A DNA stretch of 21,096 nucleotides, from assembly GCA_044229145.1 (NCBI GenBank), contig JBGATO010000061.1, positions 1-21,096 on the forward strand, in the 5' to 3' direction. Shown piece after piece: positions 9,001 to 16,246 of this stretch (position 1 is the first letter of the stretch; each line of letters opens with the position of its first letter). Below the pieces are notes generated by a model that worked only from the letters and a program-made list of their open reading frames with translations, had not been told where the DNA came from and did no database searches. Made by a program: the position numbers and the translations under genes. This DNA is from Candidatus Eiseniibacteriota bacterium (GTDB lineage Bacteria > Eisenbacteria > RBG-16-71-46 > CAZEPH01).

Positions 9001-9984
9001 CTAGCGCAGGAAGGTGAAGGCGCGGGTCAGCACGCCGCCGTCGGCGCGCAACTCGACGCGGTAGACGCCGGCGGGCACCGCGCCGCCGTGCAGACCGCGG
9101 CCGTCCCACAGCACCGCGTGCGCGCCCGGCGATCCGGCAGCGCTCTCACGCCACACGAGCCTCCCCGCCGCGTCGGCGATGCGCAACTCGACCGGCGTGT
9201 AGCGCGACGTGGTGTACTGGATCACCGCGGCGCCGCGGGCCGGCGACTTCTCCAGGCGCAATCCGGTCACCATGCTCGGCGCGTGGCCGTCGATGGCGGT
9301 CGGGGTGTTGGGCGCGTCGGGGGTGTAGGTCCAGCTGCCGCCGCTGTCCTGCGTGTCGATGCTCACCAAGTCCGCCGAAGCGTCGTCCCCGGCGTCGGCC
9401 GGCGGCGTGGTGACCTCGCTGGCCAGCGACACGGTGTACGCATCCTCCTGCGTCACCGCGAGCAGCGGCTCGCCGTCATCGCCCACGAACGCCTGCGCCT
9501 GTGCGATGAAGTCGCGCATGGCCTGGTCGGCGTCGGCGTTGCGCGCGGTGCGGAAGGTCAGGAGCTTCCCGGCGACGTGCACGCTGATGCGGCCATCGCC
9601 CGCCATCTTGCGCGCGGCGACCATCAGGACGCCGCGGCCGTCCTTGCCGGTCGGTCCGACCTGCTTGCCGTCGAGCGTCCACCACCACTCCTTGATCTTG
9701 ATGCTGGGAGACCCCGAACTCATCTTGACCGTCGCGGTGCCCATGGTGTCGACGGTGCCGTTCGACAGGTCGTGCGAGTTGCCGCCATCGACGCCGTTGT
9801 CGTCCTGGAACGGCGTCATGCTGTCGATGGTGACGCCCTCCACTGTCTTGATGTGGAGGTCGTTGACCTTCTTGCCGGTGGTGTTCTTGAACGTGACGGT
9901 GCGCTTGGCGGCGAGAGCGTCGGCGCCGAAGCCGGCGAGCGCCACGCAGACGACGAGGCCGGACACGAGAAGCGTGGAACGCAT
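9001..9984 (-). CDS. Secreted hypothetical protein with a C-terminal FlgD-Ig/T9SS-like domain
   Basis: Start trimmed to ATG 9984 (GGGGA RBS). Signal peptide MRSTLLVSGLVVCVALAGFGADALA; tail VELRIADAAGRLV...WDGRGLHGGAVPAGVYRVELRA. Confidence 0.85.
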   Translation of the reverse strand: MRSTLLVSGLVVCVALAGFGADALAAKRTVTFKNTTGKKVNDLHIKTVEGVTIDSMTPFQDDNGVDGGNSHDLSNGTVDTMGTATVKMSSGSPSIKIKEWWWTLDGKQVGPTGKDGRGVLMVAARKMAGDGRISVHVAGKLLTFRTARNADADQAMRDFIAQAQAFVGDDGEPLLAVTQEDAYTVSLASEVTTPPADAGDDASADLVSIDTQDSGGSWTYTPDAPNTPTAIDGHAPSMVTGLRLEKSPARGAAVIQYTTSRYTPVELRIADAAGRLVWRESAAGSPGAHAVLWDGRGLHGGAVPAGVYRVELRADGGVLTRAFTFLR

Positions 9985-10199
9985 GGTGATCCCCCAGGGC
10001 TGGAGTGGATGGGTGGCCAGGGCCGCGGGCCGACCAGAACCGGCCCGCGCGGCCGTGCTGGGGAGAGGGACGCCGTGGCGGGAGCGTTTCGTGGCGCAAC
10101 ACGGGTTCACGCGGCGCGAAATATGCAGGTGCAGATACACGTATATTGACCGCGCAGTCTTTCCAAAGGCGACACGTGGAAATTGCAGAACAAAATACG

Positions 10200-10227
10200 T
10201 TGACCGCGACAAATGGCCGAATAGAAT
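10200..10227 (+). promoter_or_regulatory. Putative sigma-70 promoter for lrp-lat
   Basis: TTGACC-N16-TAGAAT in a locally AT-rich intergenic stretch about 70 bp upstream of the Lrp ATG. Confidence 0.6.
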
Positions 10228-10296
10228 AAGCAATAGAGGAGCGAACGCCGTTCGACGTTCGCGCGACGTCCATCGGGCCCCGACAGGCAGCGACAC

Positions 10297-10884
10297 ATGC
10301 TCGACACCATCGACTACCAAATCCTGGAACAGCTCCAGACCGACGCCAAGACACCGCAAGCCGTCATCGCCGAGCGTGTGGGTCTGAGCACGCCCGCCGT
10401 GAACGAGCGGATCCGCAAACTCGAGACGGCCGGCGTCATCCACGCCTACGTCGCGCGCCTCAATCCGGCGGCGGTCGGCATGGAGGTCTCCGCCTTCGTC
10501 GAGGTCTACGTCGAGAAGGCGAGCTACGAGAAGGCGTTCATCGAACGCATGCAGGGCGTGCGCGAGGTGCAGGAGATCCATCACGTGACCGGCGAGTCGT
10601 CGCTGATCCTGAAGGTCCGCACCCAGTCGATCGAGAGTCTGCGCGCCCTGCTCATCGAGGTCATCGGCGGGAGTGAAGGCGTGCGGCAGACCCGCACCGC
10701 GATCGTGCTCGACACGCCGAAGGAAGAAACCCGCATCGCGCTCGGCTCGCTCACCGCGGGCGCGAACGGCACGCTCAATGGCCGCGCCGCGCGGCGCAAG
10801 GTGCGCAACGGCAACGGCACCAGCGACGCGCAGGACGACGGCGCGCTCGACACCCCGTACCACACAGAGGAGACCGAACGATGA
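10297..10884 (+). CDS. Lrp/AsnC family transcriptional regulator with a C-terminal extension
   Basis: MLDTIDYQILEQLQTDAK...IAERVGLSTPAVNERIRKLETAGVI HTH; RAM domain EVQEIHHVTGE...GVRQTRTAIVL. Confidence 0.95.
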   Translation: MLDTIDYQILEQLQTDAKTPQAVIAERVGLSTPAVNERIRKLETAGVIHAYVARLNPAAVGMEVSAFVEVYVEKASYEKAFIERMQGVREVQEIHHVTGESSLILKVRTQSIESLRALLIEVIGGSEGVRQTRTAIVLDTPKEETRIALGSLTAGANGTLNGRAARRKVRNGNGTSDAQDDGALDTPYHTEETER

Positions 10885-12245
10885 CGCCGGACACTTTGAC
10901 CGCGGCCCCGCGGATTACGCCGGAGCAGGTGCACGAGGTTCTCGGCCGCACCATCCTCGCCGACGGGTTCGACATGGTGGTCGATCTCGACAAGTCGGCC
11001 GGCTGCCGTCTGTGGGACAGCCGCAACAACCGCTGGCTGCTCGACCTGTTCTCGTACTTCGCGTCGGCGCCGGTGGGTGCGAACCACCCGAAGATGCAGG
11101 ACCCGGAGTTCCGCGCCGCCCTGCTGCGCGCCGCGCTCGCCAACCCGACCAACTCCGACATCTATACCGTCGAGTTCGCCGCGTTCGTCGATGCCTGGCA
11201 GCGCTTGGCGATGCCGAAGTCGATGAAGTACGCCTTCTTCGTCGCCGGCGGCGCGCTCGGCGTCGAGAACGCGCTCAAGGCGGCGTTCGACTGGAAGGTG
11301 CGCAAGAACCGCGCGGCCGGCCGCATCGGCGCGAACGACGAGAAGGGCTTCCAGGTCCTCCACTTCCGCGAGGCGTTCCACGGCCGCAGCGGCTATACGC
11401 TCTCGCTCACCAACACCGATCCGGTGAAGACGGCGCTGTTCCCGAAGTTCACCTGGCCGCGCGTCACCAACCCGAAGGCGACGTTCCCGATCGAGGGCGC
11501 GCACCTCGCCGAGGTCGAGAAGCTGGAGGCCGAGGCGGTCGCGCAGATCGAGGCCGCGTTCGCCGCGCACCCGCACGACATCGCCGCGATGATCATCGAG
11601 ACGATCCAGGGCGAGGGCGGCGACAACCACTTCCGTCCCGAGTTCTTCGCCACGCTGCGCGCGCTCTGCGACCAGCACGAGGCGATGCTGATCGTCGATG
11701 AAGTGCAGGCGGGCATGGGCCTCACCGGCACGATGTGGGCGGTCGAGCAGATGGGCGTCGCGCCCGACATGATCGCGTTCGGCAAGAAGGCGCAGGTGTG
11801 CGGCTTCATGGCCGGCCCGCGCATCGACGAGGTCGAGGACCACGTGTTCAAGAAGTCGAGCCGCATCAACTCGACGTGGGGCGGCAACCTCGTCGACATG
11901 GTGCGCTGCCAGCGCTACCTCGAGATCATCCACGAGGACAACCTGCTCGAGAACGCCCGCACCACCGGCGCGTACCTGCTCGGCGAGTTGCAGAAGCTGT
12001 GCGCGGAGTTCCCGACGTTGTTGTCGAACCCGCGCGGCCGCGGCCTCATGTGCGCCTTCACGCTGTCGTCCACCGAGAAGCGCAACGAGATGGTGGATCG
12101 CATGTACAACGAGGGCGGACTCATCGTGCTCGGCAGCGGTCCGCAGTCGATCCGCTTCCGTCCGCCGCTCATCATGACGCCGGCCGAGATCGACGAAGCG
12201 GTGGCGGTGGTGCGCCGCGTGGCGTCGGAGATGGTCGCGGGCTAG
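10881..12245 (+). CDS. lat: L-lysine 6-transaminase (class III PLP aminotransferase)
   Basis: Lat-type motifs ILADGFDMVVDL, NPTNSDIYT, GGALGVENALKAAFDWK, AFHGRSGYTLSLTNT, IQGEGGDNHFR, DEVQAG, FGKKAQVCG and SRINSTWGGNLVDMVR. ATGA overlap with lrp; RBS GAGGAG. Confidence 0.95.
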   Translation: MTPDTLTAAPRITPEQVHEVLGRTILADGFDMVVDLDKSAGCRLWDSRNNRWLLDLFSYFASAPVGANHPKMQDPEFRAALLRAALANPTNSDIYTVEFAAFVDAWQRLAMPKSMKYAFFVAGGALGVENALKAAFDWKVRKNRAAGRIGANDEKGFQVLHFREAFHGRSGYTLSLTNTDPVKTALFPKFTWPRVTNPKATFPIEGAHLAEVEKLEAEAVAQIEAAFAAHPHDIAAMIIETIQGEGGDNHFRPEFFATLRALCDQHEAMLIVDEVQAGMGLTGTMWAVEQMGVAPDMIAFGKKAQVCGFMAGPRIDEVEDHVFKKSSRINSTWGGNLVDMVRCQRYLEIIHEDNLLENARTTGAYLLGELQKLCAEFPTLLSNPRGRGLMCAFTLSSTEKRNEMVDRMYNEGGLIVLGSGPQSIRFRPPLIMTPAEIDEAVAVVRRVASEMVAG

Positions 12246-12273
12246 GCGTGCGGCGATCGGCAGTCGTGGACGG

Positions 12274-12313
12274 CGGCGCGGGGCGCATCGTGAGCCCCGC
12301 GCCGTCTCCTTTC
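12274..12313 (+). terminator. Probable intrinsic terminator after lat
   Basis: Perfect 11-bp stem CGGCGCGGGGC (12274-12284) / GCCCCGCGCCG (12294-12304), followed by a weak pyrimidine tail TCTCCTTTC. Confidence 0.55.
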
Positions 12314-12370
12314 GGTGCCGCGCCGCACGGCGGCGTCGACATGCTGCGCGGGCGCCGCTAGAGTGGCCGC

Positions 12371-14086
12371 GTGAAAGCCGCGTCGACTTCCGCCCGTCTC
12401 CTCGGATGGGCGCTTCTGGTGCCCGCGATCTATGCGCCCGCCGTGCTGCTCGGCGAGCGGCCGCCGCTCGGCGGCCTGCTCGCGTACACGGTGGCGGCGG
12501 TGCTGGCGTTGACAGCCGCCGGCGCCTACGCCCGGACCAGCGCCTTCGACCGCGTCGCGCCGCTGTGCGATCGCGTCGCGCCGGCGCTGGTGGCCGCGGC
12601 CGCGATCGCGTTCGCCTTCGTGTCGTATTCGCTGTCGCGCGCCGCGGTGGTGGACTTCGATCCGGCGATGAGCCAGCTCGGACTGTTCACGCAATCGTCG
12701 TGGACCGCGCTGCACGGCTATCCGTTCTCCAATACGCACGAGTCCATCGACGGCTCGCTGGTGAGCCACTTCGCGGTGCACTTCTCGCCGACGTTGCTGC
12801 TATTTCAACCGGTGATGAAGGCGTGGCCATCGCCGCTGACCCTCGCAGCGTGTCAGGCGGTGTGCGCGGCGCTCGCCGTGGTGCCGCTCTACGTGTTGTT
12901 GCGCCGCCACACCACGCCGGGCGCGGCGGCGGTGCTCGCGGTCGCCTATCTCGGCCTGCCGGCGATCGCGATGAGCGGCCATCACGATTTCCACGATGCG
13001 GACTTCCTACCGGTGTTCCTGTTCGCCGCCGCCGCGGCGCTCGACGCGCGGCGGCGCGGCTGGTTCACGCTGTTCGCGGTGCTCGCGCTCGGTGTACGCG
13101 AAGACGCCTCGCTGGTGGTGGCGATGCTCGGCGTGTACTCACTGCTTGCGCGCAGGGATGTGCTGGGCGGTGCGTGGGCCATCGTGCTCGGTGTGGCCTG
13201 GGGCGTCGTGGTCACCAAGCTCGTGATGCCGCTGTTCTGGACACCCGGCTTGTGGATCGATCCCGCGCGATTCTTGGTGCTGCATCTCGGGCACTTGGGA
13301 GCGACGCCGGCTGCCATCGCGGCGCACATCGCGCACGATCCCGTTGGCTTCGCGCGGCTGTTGGTCAACGGCGACAACGTGAAATACCTCTACGCGCTGG
13401 TGCGGCCGATGCTGGCGCTACCGCTCGCCGGCTCGCTGGCGTGGCTGCCCGCGGTGCCGGCGCTGCTCGTCAACATGCTGACGCGGCAGGGCTGGCTGCG
13501 CGATCCGCTCGAGTACTACGCGATCGTGCCGGTGGCGTTCGCGTACCTGGCGACGGCACTGACGGCGGCGCGCCTTGCGGGTTCGACGCCGGCGCGACGG
13601 GGAGCCTCGCGCGGCGGCGCCGCGCCGTCGCCCGAGGCGGGCAGGGCGGCGTGGCCGACCCGCCGGCCGGCACTCGCCCTCGCCACCGCCACGATGGTGC
13701 TGGCGGGTGTGATCCCGGCGCTGCCGCTGGTGCCACGCGGATTGCCGCCGGCCCGTCCGCCCGCCGCCCCCGCGCGGTCTTTGATGGAGGCGATTCCCGC
13801 CGACGTGCCGATCTATGTTCCGGTCGGCCTGTACGCCCCGATGGCGACGCGCCACAACGTCGGCTGCTGGGAGAGTCTCGGTCCGCTCGGCCGGACGCCT
13901 GCCATGCGCGGCCGCTTCGAGTACGTCGTCCTGTGGCCGCGGCCGGTGACCGCCGGCGACGACCCGCGCGATGCCGCGCTCGCCGATTCGCTGGCCGGCG
14001 ATCCGCGCTTCCGCCGCCTCGGCGGCTACGATCCGTTCATCGTCTATCACCGCACTGCGCCGCGCGCCATGCAAGGGAGCCGCTAG
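12371..14086 (+). CDS. DUF2079-family polytopic membrane protein (GT-C-like putative glycosyltransferase)
   Basis: Many TM segments; motifs LGLFTQSSW, SHFAVHFSPTLLL, HDFHD and LGVREDA. The start codon is approximate. Confidence 0.78.
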   Translation: MKAASTSARLLGWALLVPAIYAPAVLLGERPPLGGLLAYTVAAVLALTAAGAYARTSAFDRVAPLCDRVAPALVAAAAIAFAFVSYSLSRAAVVDFDPAMSQLGLFTQSSWTALHGYPFSNTHESIDGSLVSHFAVHFSPTLLLFQPVMKAWPSPLTLAACQAVCAALAVVPLYVLLRRHTTPGAAAVLAVAYLGLPAIAMSGHHDFHDADFLPVFLFAAAAALDARRRGWFTLFAVLALGVREDASLVVAMLGVYSLLARRDVLGGAWAIVLGVAWGVVVTKLVMPLFWTPGLWIDPARFLVLHLGHLGATPAAIAAHIAHDPVGFARLLVNGDNVKYLYALVRPMLALPLAGSLAWLPAVPALLVNMLTRQGWLRDPLEYYAIVPVAFAYLATALTAARLAGSTPARRGASRGGAAPSPEAGRAAWPTRRPALALATATMVLAGVIPALPLVPRGLPPARPPAAPARSLMEAIPADVPIYVPVGLYAPMATRHNVGCWESLGPLGRTPAMRGRFEYVVLWPRPVTAGDDPRDAALADSLAGDPRFRRLGGYDPFIVYHRTAPRAMQGSR

Positions 14087-14093
14087 AACCCGC

Positions 14094-15590
14094 GTGAACT
14101 GGAGACGCGTTTTCGCCAAGGATCCGCTGAGCCACTCGATCGGCGTCATCGGGATCCTCAACATCTCGCAGCTGGCGTTCGGATTCGTGCGCAGCGTGCT
14201 GTTCGCGCGCCTGCTCGGCCCGGCGAACATCGGCATCTACTCGCTGACCGCCTACGTGCTCGGCGTCGGGATTCCGGTGGTGTCGTGCGGACTGGCGAGC
14301 AGCTTCAACCGCTACGTGCCGCGCTACGAGGCGAACGGCTCGCTGCGCGCCTACTACGGCTCCATCACGCGCTGGAGCATGGGGATGACCACCGCGTTCG
14401 TGGTGATCGCCTGCGCGTTCCCGCGGCAGGCATCGGCGCTATTGCTCGCGAGCCCGGAGCATGCCGGTGTATTGCGCATCACCGCGCTCACGTTGTTGCC
14501 CGCCGTCTTCCACCGCAACTTGACGACGTTCTTCAAAGGTCTGCGCACCTTCCGTCTTTCCGCACTGCTCGAATTCGCGCAGCCGATCTTGCTCACGGTG
14601 TTCGCGGTGCTCGGCATCTTCTTGTGGCAGCGCACGCTCAGCATGGTGATGTGGGCGACCGTGCTGTCGTACCTCGTGCCGGTGTTGATCTGCGGCTGGA
14701 TGACCGACCGCTATCTGCACGCGCTGCCGGATCAGAAAGCGCGGGTCGACGAACCGCAGTACGCGCGCACCATGTTCCGCTTTTCGATTTGGTTCGTGAT
14801 CATCCCGACCGGCCTCGTCACCTTCGCCTACGTCGACCGGCTCATGCTCGCGCACTTGATGAAGGATCCGGTGACGCTCGGCGTCTACAGCCAGGCGTTC
14901 AACACCGCGGCGATGATGCTCGCGGTCGGGTACGTGCCGAACAACGTGCTGGGGCCGGCGCTGGCGGCGGCGTGGGAGCGTCACGATCAGCCGCTGGTGC
15001 AGCGCACTTTCAACCTCGCGCTCAAGGGCACGACCTTGCTGATGCTCGCCGCGAGTCTGGTGCTCGTGCTGCTCAAGACGTGGGTGTTGTCGACGCTGTA
15101 CGGCGCCGAGTACGTGCCGGGCGCGGCGGTGATCGCGCCGCTGCTCGCGTTCAAGTGCTTCGACGTGATGTACTCGATCACCGGCATGTATAGCGGATTG
15201 ATCGAGAAGACGTACTTGCCGGGCATCGCGATCGCGGCCGGTTTGGCGCTCAACGTCGGTCTCAATCTCGCGCTGATCCCGCGCTTCGGCATGCAGGGCG
15301 CGGCGTACGCGGCGATGTTCTCGTACGCGCTCGTGAACGTCCTGCTCTACTGGCTCAACCGCGCGTACGGGCTGCGGCTGACGCGGCGCACCGTCATGGT
15401 CACCGTATTGCCGTTCGCGTTGCTGTTGCCGACGCTGGCGCTGGTGGCGGTGGCCGGCGTGGTGTGCGTGGCGATCGTGCGCGGCACGTGGATCTTCGAC
15501 GCGGCGGAGAAGCAGCAGTTGCTGCACGCGGGGCACGGATTCGTCGCGATGATGGCGCGGCGGCTGAAGTTGCGCCGCGCGGCGGCGTAG
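14094..15590 (+). CDS. Wzx-like oligosaccharide flippase (MOP/PST superfamily)
   Basis: GFVRSVLFARLLGPANIGIYSL, YVDRLML...LGVYSQA, LYGAEY and LNLALIPRFGMQGAAYA. Start trimmed to GTG 14094, just after the upstream stop. Confidence 0.88.
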   Translation: MNWRRVFAKDPLSHSIGVIGILNISQLAFGFVRSVLFARLLGPANIGIYSLTAYVLGVGIPVVSCGLASSFNRYVPRYEANGSLRAYYGSITRWSMGMTTAFVVIACAFPRQASALLLASPEHAGVLRITALTLLPAVFHRNLTTFFKGLRTFRLSALLEFAQPILLTVFAVLGIFLWQRTLSMVMWATVLSYLVPVLICGWMTDRYLHALPDQKARVDEPQYARTMFRFSIWFVIIPTGLVTFAYVDRLMLAHLMKDPVTLGVYSQAFNTAAMMLAVGYVPNNVLGPALAAAWERHDQPLVQRTFNLALKGTTLLMLAASLVLVLLKTWVLSTLYGAEYVPGAAVIAPLLAFKCFDVMYSITGMYSGLIEKTYLPGIAIAAGLALNVGLNLALIPRFGMQGAAYAAMFSYALVNVLLYWLNRAYGLRLTRRTVMVTVLPFALLLPTLALVAVAGVVCVAIVRGTWIFDAAEKQQLLHAGHGFVAMMARRLKLRRAAA

Positions 15591-15598
15591 GAGGCGCG

Positions 15599-16246
15599 AT
15601 GCCGCGTCCGACGCCGCATCACACGCGCGAGCTCTTGTGGCAACAGGCCGACGGGCTCGGCCTCGAATTTTGCCGCGTCTCCGAATCCGACACCGTGGTG
15701 CAGATCGACGGCACCGTGCTCGGCGTGCGCGGCGCGGTGCCGTACCGTCTGCGTTACGCCATCAACTGCGCACCGGATTGGATCGTGCAAGCCGTCGTCG
15801 TCAGCGTGGTGTGTGTCGATCTCGACGACCTGCTCGAACCGCTCGCGCCGTGGATTCGCAACGCGGCGGGCGGCTTCTCGTGTTCGCTCAAACACGACGG
15901 CGCGGGGCAGTGGGCGAACACCGTGGGCGGCGCCGCGTTGCCGGCGCTCGAGGGATGCACGACGGTGGATCTCGCCGGCGCGGTGCTGACCAACATGTTG
16001 CCGCTCCGCGCCGCAGCGCCAGCGGAGGGCGGGGCCTGCGACGTGCGGGCCGTGTGGATCGACGGGCCGCGCGAGGGCATGCCGCGCGCCGCGACGCAGC
16101 GCTACACACGTCTCGCCGACGCCGCCGACGGCGCGCGCCGCTATCGCTACCAAAACCTGAGCGGCACCGCGGACTGCGAGCTCACCGTCGACGCCGAGGG
16201 CTACGTACTCGACTACCCCCGCGTGGCGCGCCGCATTGCCGGCTAG
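15599..16246 (+). CDS. Putative glycolipid-binding domain protein (DUF1089-like)
   Basis: AGGAGG RBS then ATG 15599; motifs GLEFCR, LRYAINCAPDW, LEGCTTVDL...TNMLPLR, QRYTRL and LTVDAEGYVLDYP. Confidence 0.82.
   Translation: MPRPTPHHTRELLWQQADGLGLEFCRVSESDTVVQIDGTVLGVRGAVPYRLRYAINCAPDWIVQAVVVSVVCVDLDDLLEPLAPWIRNAAGGFSCSLKHDGAGQWANTVGGAALPALEGCTTVDLAGAVLTNMLPLRAAAPAEGGACDVRAVWIDGPREGMPRAATQRYTRLADAADGARRYRYQNLSGTADCELTVDAEGYVLDYPRVARRIAG

Noticed and set aside
10066..10094. Possible ECF promoter upstream of the secreted protein (GAAAC-N13-CGTC on the minus strand), and a similar CGTC upstream of the CpcT gene
   Set aside because: The spacing is too short for the AAC/CGT type, the two sites share no -35 motif, and CGTC is frequent in GC-rich DNA.
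6280..10149. Long plus-strand ORFs (543 aa, 717 aa) and many other overlapping ORFs in the track
   Set aside because: They lie opposite or out of frame to well-supported genes; stop codons are scarce at this GC content.
9985..10863. N-terminal extension of the 620-aa ORF; similar extensions at 5540-5890, 13971-14093, 15464-15598 and 18019-18279
   Set aside because: These overlap neighbouring genes or regulatory DNA. Better starts with an RBS, signal peptide or translational coupling lie downstream.
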